In this document: one piece after another, positions 48,678 to 59,280 of the stretch | How the letters are laid out: every line of letters starts with the position of its first letter | Position numbering within the stretch: the first letter of the stretch is position 1 | Source of the DNA: an uncultured Chloroflexia bacterium | GTDB taxonomy: Bacteria > Chloroflexota > Limnocylindria > QHBO01 | Assembly: GCA_963814375.1 (NCBI GenBank) | Contig: CAWFCQ010000003.1 | Location: 96,001 to 160,000, forward strand | Length of the DNA: 64,000 nt | Direction: 5' to 3' | Made by a program: the position numbers and the translations under genes | Notes under the pieces: model-generated | What the model was told of the DNA's origin: nothing | The model's database searches: none | What the model saw: only the letters and a program-made list of their open reading frames with translations

Positions 48678-49417
48678 CCCGCAATGGCGGCACCCTTGGC
48701 AAGGCTGACATGCATCTCCACACGCTCTACTCGGACGGGACGGCGTCGGTCCAGGCGCTTCTCGATCACGTCGAGCGCGCCACGGATCTCGACCTCATCG
48801 CCGTCACCGATCACGAGCGGATCGACGGCGCGCTCCGGGCGCGGGAGATGCACGCTGCCGGCGACTATTCGTACCAGCTGGTGGTCGGCGAGGAGATCAC
48901 CACCCGGCGCGGCCACGTACTCGCGCTCTTCCTCACCGAGCGCGTGCCGGCGCTGCGCCCGTTGCCCGAGACGCTCGAACGGATTCACGACCAGGGAGCG
49001 ATCGCCATCGCGGCTCACCCGCTTGCGCCGCTCACGCCGTCGCTCGGGAGTGGCTCGTTGCGCTGGTCTCACGGCGCCACCGATCCCCGGCATCACCTCG
49101 ACGCGATCGAGCTCATGAATCCGTCCACCGCCGGACGAGCGCGCCGATCGGCGCGCGAGGCGCTCCATGCCGAGCTGGCCGGCCCGGCGGCGGTCGGCAA
49201 CTCCGACGCCCACGTGCTCGAGGGCGTCGGCTCCGCCTGGACATGGTTCCCCGGCTCGAGCGCCGGCGACTACCGCGCCGCCATCGCGGCGGCCACCACC
49301 CGCCCCGACGGCGCCTACTGGAGCCACCTCCACAACGTCGACGTCTACCGCCGTCAGCTGAGAGCCAAGGTCAGGCACCTGCGCCATACTCTGCGGCCAA
49401 CGGGAGAGTGGCGGTGA
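48674..49417 (+). CDS. PHP-domain metal-dependent phosphoesterase
   Basis: DMHLHT..SDG, VTDH, GEE, GH, AHP, NSDAH. Confidence 0.88.
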   Translation: MTRNGGTLGKADMHLHTLYSDGTASVQALLDHVERATDLDLIAVTDHERIDGALRAREMHAAGDYSYQLVVGEEITTRRGHVLALFLTERVPALRPLPETLERIHDQGAIAIAAHPLAPLTPSLGSGSLRWSHGATDPRHHLDAIELMNPSTAGRARRSAREALHAELAGPAAVGNSDAHVLEGVGSAWTWFPGSSAGDYRAAIAAATTRPDGAYWSHLHNVDVYRRQLRAKVRHLRHTLRPTGEWR

Positions 49418-50598
49418 CAACCGGAGAGTCGGCGGTGGTGGACGTGTCAGTCCCTCCAACGCCTGCCAGGCCGCCCCTACGGATCGGGATCGTGAGCCCG
49501 TACGGCTACCCCCATCCGGGCGGGGTCAACGAGCACGTTCGCTTCACCTACGAGGCGATGAGCCGGTTGGGCCACGACGTCTGGATCATCACCAGCAAGT
49601 ACGGCCGTGAGCGCGAGAGCGAGGGCCACATCATCCGCCTCGGCACCGGCTGGGCGGCGCCGGCCAACGGCAGCGTCGGCCGCGTCACACTGGGGCTACG
49701 CTTCAAGCACCAGGCACGCGAGATCCTCGAAGCGCAGCGCTTCGACATCCTCCACTTCCACGAGCCGCTTGTGCCCTTCCTGTCCCCCACCATGCTCGAC
49801 GCCAGCGATACCGTGAATATCGGCACCTTCCACGCCTTCGGCGGCTTCAGCCCCAGCTACTGGATCGGCAGCCGATTCGCACGCCACCTGGCCGACAAGC
49901 TGGACGGCCGGATCGCCGTCTCGGGGGCGGCGCGCCACTTCATCAGCCGATACTTCCCCGGCGACTATCAGATCATCCCGAACGGCGTCGAGATCGACCG
50001 ATTCACTGAGGCCGAGCCGTATGAGGAGCTGCGGGACGGCACCCTGAACATCCTCTTCGTCGGCCGGTTCGAGGAGCGCAAGGGCCTGATTCACCTGCTC
50101 AAGGCCTACCACCGCCTCCGCAAGCGCAAGGTCGACGCGCGGCTGCTCGTCATCGGCTCCGGACCGAAGCTGCGCGAGTACCGCCGCTTCATCGGCCTGC
50201 GCGGCATTCGCGACGTCGAGTTCCTCGGACGCGTCAGCGACGAGGAGAAGGTCCGCTATTTCGCCTCGGCCGACATCTACTGCGCGCCAAACACCGGCCA
50301 GGAGTCGTTCGGGATCGTGCTGCTCGAGGCGATGGCCGCCGGCGTGCCGATCGTCGCTTCGGACATCCACGGCTTCAAGCGCGTCGTCGAGCGCAACGTG
50401 CAGGGCATCCTCTTCGAGCCCCGCAACCATCGCGCGCTGGCCGCGGCGCTCTACAAGCTGGCGCGCGATCCCGATCTGCGCCACGAGATGGGCGAAGCGG
50501 GCCGCCAGCGCGCCCCCGAGTTCAGCTGGGACCGGGTCACCGAGCAGATCGTCGATTACTACTACGAGGTCCGCGAACGGGTCAGCGCGGCGTCCTGA
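49414..50598 (+). CDS. pimA: GT4 glycosyltransferase, phosphatidylinositol mannosyltransferase PimA-like
   Basis: IGIVSPY...PGGVNEH, NGSV, HFHEP, TFH, RIAVS, IPNGV, ERKG, PNTGQESFGIVLLEAMA. Confidence 0.82.
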   Translation: MTTGESAVVDVSVPPTPARPPLRIGIVSPYGYPHPGGVNEHVRFTYEAMSRLGHDVWIITSKYGRERESEGHIIRLGTGWAAPANGSVGRVTLGLRFKHQAREILEAQRFDILHFHEPLVPFLSPTMLDASDTVNIGTFHAFGGFSPSYWIGSRFARHLADKLDGRIAVSGAARHFISRYFPGDYQIIPNGVEIDRFTEAEPYEELRDGTLNILFVGRFEERKGLIHLLKAYHRLRKRKVDARLLVIGSGPKLREYRRFIGLRGIRDVEFLGRVSDEEKVRYFASADIYCAPNTGQESFGIVLLEAMAAGVPIVASDIHGFKRVVERNVQGILFEPRNHRALAAALYKLARDPDLRHEMGEAGRQRAPEFSWDRVTEQIVDYYYEVRERVSAAS

Positions 50599-50629
50599 TC
50601 GGACGGTGGAACGCCGTCGGCGCGACCGG

Positions 50630-53600
50630 CTAGCCGGATGCTCCGGCTGTCTGAACGAGGTGCGACTCTGCCTCTTCGACCCTCGAATGAAATCCGAAGG
50701 ACGCAAACAGATCCCGCGCCTCGGTCAGCACGGCCCGTGCCTCCGGCTCGCCCAGGTCCACGAGGCACCGTCCAAGGCCGAGGAGGCTGTAGGCAAGCTC
50801 CCGAACGTAGCCGAGGGCCCTCATTCGCTCCGACGCGTCCACATACATGGGCAGCGCCGCCCGACTTCCGTCAGTGATCTCCGTGACGGCCGCGCGCGCT
50901 GAGGTGGCCGCGGCCACGTGCATGTCATACGTAGGTGTGATGCCGTCGATCAGCCGCGCCGCGAGCTCCACGTCGTCCAGCGCAAGGGCCGTCCGCACCG
51001 CAATTGGAAGCGCAAGGCAGTAGAAGAGGCTCTGGCGCGCGAACGGCACGTCGGAGACGGCATTGAGCGTGCGCCTGGCCCGCTCAGGGTCCCCTGATCG
51101 GAGCCATACGAGCGCCAGCCGGCCTTGCAGGATCTCGAGGTCGAGCGATTCGACCTCGTCGATGTGAGAGGCGGCCGTCGTTGCGCGTTCCACCGCCTCG
51201 CCGAGCTCGCCGCGCTCCGCGAGGAAATGGCCGATGCACGTCGACGCGTCAACAAGGTCGAACATGTCTCCGAGCTGCAGGGAAGCGTCGGCGTGCTCGC
51301 GCCAGATGCTGATCCCTTCGTCGAGGCGACCTCGGTCGACGAGGATCTCGGCCGAGTTGCTGCGAATCAGCTCGGCAAGGGCGCTCATGTTGCGTTTGCG
51401 CGCGAAGGCGATCCCGTCGTCTAGGGCATCCAACGTCAACGCGGGCCCGTAAATGACCCACCGCAGAAGGGCGAGGTTATTCATCATGTTGGCGGCCAGG
51501 CGCCCAGCGCCACCCGCGATGAGCGCATCGACAGCTCGATCTGCCTCATCGATCCCATCTCTCTCCCCGCTCTCGGCCCGAGCCAGACCTCGGTAGCCAT
51601 GGGCCTTGAGAGGCGGATCCAGGCCGGCCGCATCGGCCAGGGCAATCGCCTGGTCGGCGGTCTCGATCGCGGTCTGCTGCGATCCAGTGAGCCACTGGCA
51701 TCGCGAGAGCTCACTCAGGGCCTGCACCCGGAGCCGGGGGTCATGACCCTCGGCGAGCAGCGCCACGGCCTCCGCGGCCAGATCGAGCGGGCTACCACCA
51801 CCAATGCTGCGGGACACCTCGGTCTCCAGGATGAGAGCCTCGGCGAGCAGGTCGTAGCGCCCGGCTGCGCGGAGCGCCGCCTTGGCCGCCCCCAGCGCAT
51901 CCGCGGCCTCGCGCAGCCGCATCTCCTGAAACGCAGCCTCGGCCCAGCGGATGAGGAGCTCCGGCCGATCCCAGTGTCCCTCCGGCGTCAGCTCCAGCGC
52001 ACGCGTGAGGCGGGCCTCGGCCTGCGAAGCGTCGAGGCCCATGGCTCGTTCGCCGGCCATGCGCAGGTAGCGCCGCGACGCGTCAGTGAGGCGCTCGGTC
52101 GCCGATGCGTCACCCGCTCCCCGCGCGAGCTCGAGCGCGGCAAGCGCGTGATGCGCGAGAAGCTCGGCCATGTCCTCCACCCGCCCGGCCGCTCGTGCCT
52201 CGATCCAACCTGCCGCCGCCTCGTGCCGCCGCGCGCGCTCGGCTCGCGGGATCTGCTGGTACGCCACGTCACGGACAAGCCCGTGCCAGAAGGCATACTC
52301 GGCCTCCCCTTCCATCGTGCTGAGCCGTGACGGGCGAACGAGCTCCTTCCGCGAGAGCTCGTGCAGATCCTGCTGCACGTCCGCCGAAGGGCGACCGGCC
52401 ATCTCCGCGAGGGCTCCCGCCCAGAAGACCTTGCCGATGACCGCAGCGTCCTGGAGCAAGCTCTTGCGGACGGGTGGCAGGGTGTCGAGCCGGGCGGCGA
52501 TAAGCGCCTGCACATTGTCGGGAAACTCCCATCCGACGCCGATCCGGCTGTCGGCGATGAGTCGGACAAACTCCTCAGCGTACAGGGGGTTCCCGCCTGC
52601 CCGATCGACGATCGTCTGGCGCACGTCATCAGCACTGGACGATCGCTCCAGCAGCGCGATCACGAGCTCGTTGGTCTCGCCCGTCGTCAGTGGCGCCAGA
52701 TTGATGGTGTGGGCGTTTCGGATTCCGCTGGTCCAGTCGGGGTTCGCCTCGAACAGCTCCGGTCGCGTGGTGCAGACGACGAGCAGTGGGACGCCCTCAG
52801 CCCACTCGGCGAGGTGCGCGATGAACTCGAGAAGGGCGCTATCCGCCCAGTGCAGATCCTCGAAGACGAGCACTGCCGGCGCATCGGACGCCATGGACTC
52901 GAGGAAGGTCTGCCACGCGCTGAAGCTCTCTTCGCGAGTGGTCGCCACGCCAGAGTCGATGCCTAGCAGCGGAAGGAGCCTGGCGCGGAGGAACGCGCGC
53001 TGCTCGACCTCGGGGAGAGATGCCTCGAGCTTTTCGGCCGCGACATCGGGGGAATCGGTCTCGAAGATGCCCGCCTGCGCCTTGACGATCTCGCCGAGCG
53101 CCCAGAACGTGATGCCGTCGCCGTATGGCAGGCAACGGCCCTGGCGCCAAGTGATGAGATCGGGCAACTCGTCAATATGGGCGAACAGCTCGGCGCACAG
53201 CCGGCTCTTGCCCGCGCCGGGCTCGCCCACCAGGGTCACGAGCTGTGTCCGCGAGTCGCGCGCGCATCGGTCGAAGAGGCTGGTGAGCATCGCCCGTTCG
53301 GCCACACGACCGACGAACGGCGAGTCGTGGGTGCGGATGAGGTCGGTGCCGAAACGAGCCCGTGCCTCGACCGCACGGAACAACTCGACCGGCTCGGCCT
53401 TGCCCTTGAGCTCGACCGGTGGAAGCGGCTCATACACGAAGACTCGCTCCGTCTGGCGCTGCGTCTCCTCCGAGACGGCGACGCCGTCGATCGGCGCGGC
53501 TCCCTGGATCCGGGATGCGGTATTGACCACGTCGCCGGCGACGAACCCCTCGCCGAGGTCGGGCCGCGCTCCGAGGGTGACGAGGGCCTCGCCCGTGTTG

Positions 53601-54013
53601 ATGCCGACTCGGACTCGGAACCCGAGGGTGGCATCGGCCGCGTTCAGCTCCGCCAGGCTCTCGATGATCCGCAGGCCAGACCGCACCGCGCGCTCCGCAT
53701 CATCCTCGTGGGTGACCGGTGCGCCAAAGACGGCCATGACCGCGTCGCCGATGAATTTCTCGACGGTGCCGCCGAAGTGCTCGATGTCGGCCCGCAGCCG
53801 CTCGTGGTAGGGCCGGATGCGCGCCCGCACGTCCTCCGGATCAGCGCCCTCGGACGCGGCGGTGAATCCGACGAGATCGCAGAATAGGACGGAGACGACC
53901 TTGCGCTCCTCGTGCGCGGGCGTCGCGGCCTGAGGAGCGAGAGGCGCGCCGCACCGTCCACAGAAGGTGAAGCCGTCCGGGTTCTCCCCGGCGCAGCTCG
54001 GGCACTGCACCAC
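50630..54013 (-). CDS. Zinc-ribbon + class III cyclase + AAA (STAND-like) + TPR protein
   Basis: CPSC...CGRCG, FCDLVGFT, EKFIGDAV, VNTASR, GEPGAGKSRL, FEDLHWAD, GGNPLY and a helical repeat tail. Confidence 0.92.
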   Translation of the reverse strand: MVQCPSCAGENPDGFTFCGRCGAPLAPQAATPAHEERKVVSVLFCDLVGFTAASEGADPEDVRARIRPYHERLRADIEHFGGTVEKFIGDAVMAVFGAPVTHEDDAERAVRSGLRIIESLAELNAADATLGFRVRVGINTGEALVTLGARPDLGEGFVAGDVVNTASRIQGAAPIDGVAVSEETQRQTERVFVYEPLPPVELKGKAEPVELFRAVEARARFGTDLIRTHDSPFVGRVAERAMLTSLFDRCARDSRTQLVTLVGEPGAGKSRLCAELFAHIDELPDLITWRQGRCLPYGDGITFWALGEIVKAQAGIFETDSPDVAAEKLEASLPEVEQRAFLRARLLPLLGIDSGVATTREESFSAWQTFLESMASDAPAVLVFEDLHWADSALLEFIAHLAEWAEGVPLLVVCTTRPELFEANPDWTSGIRNAHTINLAPLTTGETNELVIALLERSSSADDVRQTIVDRAGGNPLYAEEFVRLIADSRIGVGWEFPDNVQALIAARLDTLPPVRKSLLQDAAVIGKVFWAGALAEMAGRPSADVQQDLHELSRKELVRPSRLSTMEGEAEYAFWHGLVRDVAYQQIPRAERARRHEAAAGWIEARAAGRVEDMAELLAHHALAALELARGAGDASATERLTDASRRYLRMAGERAMGLDASQAEARLTRALELTPEGHWDRPELLIRWAEAAFQEMRLREAADALGAAKAALRAAGRYDLLAEALILETEVSRSIGGGSPLDLAAEAVALLAEGHDPRLRVQALSELSRCQWLTGSQQTAIETADQAIALADAAGLDPPLKAHGYRGLARAESGERDGIDEADRAVDALIAGGAGRLAANMMNNLALLRWVIYGPALTLDALDDGIAFARKRNMSALAELIRSNSAEILVDRGRLDEGISIWREHADASLQLGDMFDLVDASTCIGHFLAERGELGEAVERATTAASHIDEVESLDLEILQGRLALVWLRSGDPERARRTLNAVSDVPFARQSLFYCLALPIAVRTALALDDVELAARLIDGITPTYDMHVAAATSARAAVTEITDGSRAALPMYVDASERMRALGYVRELAYSLLGLGRCLVDLGEPEARAVLTEARDLFASFGFHSRVEEAESHLVQTAGASG

Positions 54014-54045
54014 GGGCGGAGTCTACGGTGGCCCGGGTGGCGTGC

Positions 54046-55049
54046 CTACCCCTCGAGCGGCTTGCGCCAGGTGCCGAACGTCTTCTCGGGCACGAACCCG
54101 AGGGACCGATACAGATCGGTCGCGCCGGTCAGGCTGGTGGCGTCGACGCCGAGGCCGGCCGAGGTGTAGCCGTCCTCGCGTGCGGCAACGAGGGAGGCCG
54201 ACAGCAGCGCGCGGGCGAGACCCCGACGGCGCCAGGCCCGGCGCACCGAGACCCCGGCTACATAGACGCGCGAGCGGCCGTACAGCGTGTTCTCCTCGGT
54301 CGGGACGGTCGTCATGATCACGCCGGCGATCTGGTCGCCGTCCCAGCCGATGCGCCAGTAGCGCGGATCGACGTTCTGCGGATCGGCCTGGAAGCGCTTC
54401 CAGTCCTCGTCGGTCGGCGGGCTGTGGCCCCACTCGTCGCGGAACGCCTCGTTCGCGGCGTCCCACAGCGCGCGGTACTGATCGCGCGTCGTCGGTCGAA
54501 CCTCGAGACCATCCGGCATGCGGAGCCGCCTCGAGCCCTTCGAGCGTCGGGGCAACCATGTCGAACCAGTAGCGCACCGGCTCGTAGCCGTTGGCACGCA
54601 GGAGGGCGACGTTGCCGGCATCGGTCTCGACGCCCTCGGAGCCGAACCACTTCGGCGCGACGCCGTCGTGCTCGGCGGCGATCTCGCGCAGCCGTGCCTC
54701 GTTGTGGCGGAGCAGTGCCGAGGCGATGCCCCGACGCCGCCAGTCGGGATGCACGAAGCCGAACAGCTCGTACGAGCGCCCGCCCTCCAACAGCTCCTGC
54801 CAGAAGACGCGAGCGTAGGCAACGAGCGTGCCGTCCACCTCCGCCAGGATGATGTCGCGCTCCGGGTCGCAGTTCACCAACGTGGCGTAGCTGCGCCGCA
54901 TGTCGTCGAGCGTCTGGACCTCCTCGAGGCCGTCCGCCTGCGTGGACCGCCATCCAGACCGCGAGCATGCCGGCGAGGTCCTCGTCGCCACGGAAGCGGC
55001 GGAACCGCAGGCCCGGAATGGCCGGCGCGGCTGCCAGTGCGACGGTCAT
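54046..55049 (-). CDS. Tandem-GNAT acetyltransferase paralogue 3 (frameshifts near 54945 and 54525)
   Basis: VHPDWRRRGIASAL, VRRAWRRRGLARALL, LGVD...GATDLY..LGF. Confidence 0.8.
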
Positions 55050-56038
55050 GAGGACGCTTCCTCCATCGGCTTGCGCCAGGCGTTGAACCGATCGGCGACG
55101 GCGAAGCCCGCCGCCTCGTACAGGCCGAAGGCGCCCTGGTTGTTGTCGCCGTCGACGCCCAGCGCGGCGCTCGTCATGCCGCGCTCGCGCAGCAGGAGCA
55201 GGGATCGGGCGATCAGGGCGCGAGCCAGCCCACGCCGCCGCCAGGCGCGTCGCGTGAAGACCGAGTCGAGCCAGCCGCGCTGGATGCCGAGCGCCTCGTT
55301 CTCGGCGGGGTAGATGGCGTTGACCACGCCGCCGGCAATCTCGTCACCGTCGAAGGCGATCAGCCACAGCGACGGATCCGCCTCGGGCGCCTCCAGGAAT
55401 CGGCGCATGGCGGCCTCCGACTCGTCGGACCCGCCCCAGTGATCGCGGAAGGACTCGCGGTTCGCACGCCACAGCTGCTGGTGGAGATCGGGCGTGATCG
55501 GCCGCAGCTCGAGGCCGTCGGGCAGCGGCAGCTCCTCGATGGCGTCGAGATCGGGCCGGACCATGTCGAAGAACCAGCGCACCACCTCGTAGCCGCTTCG
55601 CTCCAGCAGGAAGGCGCCCGATCGCTCCTCGCCGGCGAACGAGCTGAACGCTCGCTGGCGGTCGGTCTCGTGGGTGGCGGCCAGCTCTCGCGCGCGGCGC
55701 TCGTTGTCAGCCAGCAGCGCCGAACCGATGCCCCGACGTCGATGGGCGGGATCGACGGCGCCCCACAGGCGGTGCTCGCGTCGCTGCCCGTCGCGCGTGT
55801 CGATCCAGTCCTGGCCTGCGAACCCCACCGGCTCCCCGTCGAGCTCGGCGATGACGAAGTCGCGCGCCGCGTCGAACTGCTCGGATGGATGCTCGAGGTG
55901 GGCGCGCTCGCCCTCCTCGGTGGTGCGCTCGTCGATGTCGTCGGCGGCGTTCTCCGCGTTCACGATGCGGGCGATCGCCTCGACGTCTGTGGCGATGTCG
56001 AATGGCCGGATCCGGAGCCCGGCGGGTGCGGAGATCAC
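55046..56038 (-). CDS. Tandem-GNAT acetyltransferase paralogue 2 (intact)
   Basis: VDPAHRRRGIGSAL, FRDHWG, TRRAWRRRGLARAL, LGVD..N..GAFGLY..AGF. Confidence 0.9.
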   Translation of the reverse strand: MISAPAGLRIRPFDIATDVEAIARIVNAENAADDIDERTTEEGERAHLEHPSEQFDAARDFVIAELDGEPVGFAGQDWIDTRDGQRREHRLWGAVDPAHRRRGIGSALLADNERRARELAATHETDRQRAFSSFAGEERSGAFLLERSGYEVVRWFFDMVRPDLDAIEELPLPDGLELRPITPDLHQQLWRANRESFRDHWGGSDESEAAMRRFLEAPEADPSLWLIAFDGDEIAGGVVNAIYPAENEALGIQRGWLDSVFTRRAWRRRGLARALIARSLLLLRERGMTSAALGVDGDNNQGAFGLYEAAGFAVADRFNAWRKPMEEASS

Positions 56039-57067
56039 GAGCGCTCCTCCATCGGCTTGCGCCAGGCGGTCGCGCGCTCGGTCACGGCGAACCCGAACTT
56101 CTCGTACAGCTGCAGCGCACCGCTGGGATTGTCGGCGTCGACCCCGAGCGCCGCCGCACTCCATCCCGCGCTCTGCCAGCACGTGCAGGCTGCGCGCGAT
56201 GAGGGCCGAGGCGAGCCCGCGCTTGCGCCACGCCCGGCGGGTGAAGACGCTGTCCAGCCAGCCGCGCTTGCGACCGATCGCCGCGTTCTCGTGCGGGTAG
56301 ATGGTGTTGACGACGGCCGCGGCGACCTCGTCGCCCTCCCAGGCGACGACCCACATCGACGGGTCGAACTCGGGCGAGTCCCGGTAGCGCGCGAACGCGT
56401 CCTCGGACTCGTCGCCGCCACCCCAGTGGTCGCGGAAGGCCTCGACGTCCGCGCGCCAGATGGTCAGCAGCTCGGACTCCGCGACCGGGCGCACCTCGAT
56501 CCCGTCCGGCAACGCCGTGATCTCCGGCAGGTCCCGATCGAGCCCGGGACGCTCCATGTCGAAGAACCAGCGCACCTGCGCATACCCGGAGCGCTGCGCC
56601 AGTGCGTTGGCACCGACGTTGCGCTCGTCGCACCACAGGCCGTGGACGAGCGGTCGGTCGGTCGTCCTGCGACGCCGCCAGCTCGCGCTGGATGCACGTG
56701 GTTGGCGCGCAGCAGAGTCGTCCCGATCCCACGTCGTCGGTAGGCGGGATCGACCGCGCAGCCGCTGCGGTACTCACGCAGCCCGTCGTTGGTGTCGACC
56801 CAGTCGCGGTTCGCGTGCGCCACGACGCGGCCGTCGAGCTCGGCGATGGTCACGTCACGCTCGGGGCGGAAGCTCGTCGGATGGATGCGCGTAGTGAGCC
56901 ACCCGCTCTTCCACCGTCTCGCGGTAGGTCTGGCCATCGGCCTCCCACTGCGCGTTCTGGATACGCACCATCTCGGGGATGTCGGCCTCGCCCGCGTACG
57001 GACGCAGGACGAGGCCCGGGATGTCGGCCGCCGCAGCGGCCGCATCGGTCTGCATGTCTGCCTTCAT
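56035..57067 (-). CDS. Tandem-GNAT acetyltransferase paralogue 1 (several frameshifts)
   Basis: VDPAYRRRGIGTTL, FRDHWG, TRRAWRKRGLASAL, LGVDADNPSGALQLYEKFGF, spread over three frames. Confidence 0.8.
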
Positions 57068-57867
57068 CAGCCCACCCTCTTGAGCTTGCCGGTGCGCTTC
57101 GCGTAGCGCTCGGCGATGCCGAAGACGTAGACCCCGAGCGGGATGAGCACGATGCCCATCACCACCAGCGGCCAGACGTCGTGCCACAGGGCGGTGACCG
57201 ACGTGCCCTTGATCAGGCCCTCGCGGATACCGTCGAGGACGTAGGTGCCCGGCGAGAACTGGGCGACGAACTGCATCCACTCCGGCAGCGTCTCGACCGA
57301 GTAGTACACCCCGCTGAAGAGCAGGATCACCGACTGGATCACGAAGACCATCTGGTCGCCCCGCTCGACGTACAGCAGCGGCAGGATGGCGGCCATCATG
57401 CCGACCCCGACGAAGCTGATCGAGCCCAGCGCCAGGAAGACGCCTGCCGTCAGGAAGTTGCCGCCGCTGAACTCCAGGTCGAAGAAGAGCAGCATCACGC
57501 CCAGGATGATCACCATCTGGATCACCGCGTAGGCCACCGCGAAGGCGGTCGAGCCGACGAGCTGCGTGTAGCGGCGCACCGGCGCCATGAAGGTGTACTC
57601 GAGCGTTCCCTCCCAGCGCTCCCAGGTGACCGTCTCGCCGATGAAGCCGAAGACGATCGAGAGGAAGTTCCAGAAGATCGTGCCGATCACGAGCACCTGG
57701 AGCAGCGCCTGGTCGTCCTGGGCCACGCCGATGAAGGCCACCGACAGGGCAGCCGCCAGCGAGTAGACGAGCCATGCGACTTCCCAGCCCCAGTAACGCT
57801 TGGTCAGGTTGAAGTTGCGCTCCACGAAGGCGAGGCTCGCCCGCAGCTCGCGCGTTGCGATCGTCAT
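57067..57867 (-). CDS. ABC-2 type permease
   Basis: WERWEGTLEY, SGVYY...LPEWMQ, PGTY. Confidence 0.92.
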   Translation of the reverse strand: MTIATRELRASLAFVERNFNLTKRYWGWEVAWLVYSLAAALSVAFIGVAQDDQALLQVLVIGTIFWNFLSIVFGFIGETVTWERWEGTLEYTFMAPVRRYTQLVGSTAFAVAYAVIQMVIILGVMLLFFDLEFSGGNFLTAGVFLALGSISFVGVGMMAAILPLLYVERGDQMVFVIQSVILLFSGVYYSVETLPEWMQFVAQFSPGTYVLDGIREGLIKGTSVTALWHDVWPLVVMGIVLIPLGVYVFGIAERYAKRTGKLKRVG

Positions 57868-57878
57868 CGGTTCATCCC

Positions 57879-58796
57879 TTAGTCGTCGTCGTTCTCTTCG
57901 TCCTCGTCGACATCGTCGTCGAGGCTCTTGCCGGTGAACGTCATGAACACGCTCTCCAGCGTCGGCTCCTTGCCGTAGTCACGAGCGACCATCGCCTTCA
58001 GCTCGTCCGGCGTTCCCTCCGCCACCATCCGTCCGTCGTTGATGAGCGCGATCCGGTCGCACAGCCGCTCGGCCTCGGCGAGATCGTGCGTCGTCAGCAC
58101 GATCGTCGCGTCGTGCGTGTCGCGGACCTCCTCGATGAAGGTCTGCACGTCGAGCTTCGACCGCGGATCCAGCCCGGTGGTCGGCTCGTCGAGGAGCAGC
58201 ACGGTGGGGCTCGTCAGCAGCGCCCGCGCGATCGCGACCTTCTGCTGCATGCCACGGCTCATCTGCTCGACCGGCCGGTCCAGCCGCTTCTCGCCCACGC
58301 CGAGCCGGTTCAGGATCGCGACGACCTGGACCCTCGCCTTCTTCGCATCCATCCCGTACAGCCGGGCCGCATAGGCCAGGTTCTCGTGCGGGCTGAGCTT
58401 CTTGAAGAAGGCCGCGTCCACGCTCACCCGGTTGATGAGCTGCTTGACGGCCATCTCCTCGCGCTCGACGTCGTGCCCCAGGACCTCGACCCGGCCGCCG
58501 TCCAGGGTCAGCAGCGTGCTGACCAGGCGAATGAGCGTGCTCTTGCCGGACCCGTTGGCGCCGAGGATCCCGTAGATCTCTCCACGCCGGATCGACATGC
58601 TCACGTCGTTCACGGCCACCACCGACTTCTTCTTGCGACCGACCACGAATCGCTTCGTGGCGCCGTCGAGAAGCAGCGCCGGCAGCTCGCCCGCCGGCGG
58701 AGGACCCACGCGGCGCAACGGCTCGCGCGCCGGGAGCTGCGTCGGGTCTGCGGTCGGCATCGGTGCCGTCTTCGGTTCAGTCATGACCTCGGTCAT
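57879..58796 (-). CDS. ABC exporter ATP-binding subunit (DrrA-like)
   Basis: GANGSGKST, MSRGMQQK, LLLDEPTTGLD, TTH. Confidence 0.95.
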   Translation of the reverse strand: MTEVMTEPKTAPMPTADPTQLPAREPLRRVGPPPAGELPALLLDGATKRFVVGRKKKSVVAVNDVSMSIRRGEIYGILGANGSGKSTLIRLVSTLLTLDGGRVEVLGHDVEREEMAVKQLINRVSVDAAFFKKLSPHENLAYAARLYGMDAKKARVQVVAILNRLGVGEKRLDRPVEQMSRGMQQKVAIARALLTSPTVLLLDEPTTGLDPRSKLDVQTFIEEVRDTHDATIVLTTHDLAEAERLCDRIALINDGRMVAEGTPDELKAMVARDYGKEPTLESVFMTFTGKSLDDDVDEDEENDDD

Positions 58797-58926
58797 CGTT
58801 CGTTCCGTTTCGCTTCGTTCGATTCGTTCGCTCGTCGTTCGGGCCACCAGATGGGAAGAGCCGCGACCCGTTGGCTCCGGGTCCGCGGCTCTTGCTTTCG
58901 CCCCCCGTAAGCCGATACGGGGCAAC

Positions 58927-58956
58927 AAAAAACCGTGGACCCGATCCGGCCCACGG
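58927..58956 (-). terminator. Intrinsic terminator (attenuator) in the 5' leader of the ABC-GNAT operon
   Basis: Minus strand CCGTGGGCC-GGATCG-GGTCCACGG followed by TTTTTT. Confidence 0.85.
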
Positions 58957-58990
58957 CTCCGGTGGCTTCGGCGGCTTCACCGCCGTTGCT

Positions 58991-59077
58991 CTACCTCGAC
59001 CAGGGCACAGATCTCCCGTCGGCAGCGCTGCCGGTAGGCGCGCTCCCGTGCGTCATGAAGGCGCAGATGAGATTCAT
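58991..59077 (-). CDS. Putative 28-aa leader peptide MNLICAFMTHGSAPTGSAADGRSVPWSR
   Basis: Preceded by GAGGAG and lies between a strong promoter and the terminator. Confidence 0.6.
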   Translation of the reverse strand: MNLICAFMTHGSAPTGSAADGRSVPWSR

Positions 59078-59157
59078 CGCCGTCAGATCGCTCCTCGTTC
59101 GTTGATGGTCGCCGGACACCGCCGGGCAGCGTCGGCTGCAGTTGGTGGTGCCGGCGG

Positions 59158-59187
59158 AGTCTACGACCGGCCCGAGACGAGTGTCAA
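59158..59187 (-). promoter_or_regulatory. Sigma70-type promoter of the ABC-GNAT operon
   Basis: TTGACA(59187-59182)-18 nt-TAGACT(59163-59158). Confidence 0.75.
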
Positions 59188-59280
59188 GGTTTCTACGTCG
59201 TTTGTCTCATACCGTGAGGCGTTGGCCCTCGGCACAAGGCCGGGTATCGTGGATGCCCATCGAGCGGGAGAGCAGAACCC

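Noticed and set aside
50630-54013. Cyclase-AAA-TPR gene as an Avs-type antiphage system or mobile island
   Set aside because: This is a common signalling architecture. The codon usage looks slightly less GC-biased by eye, but there are no mobility genes or flanking repeats.
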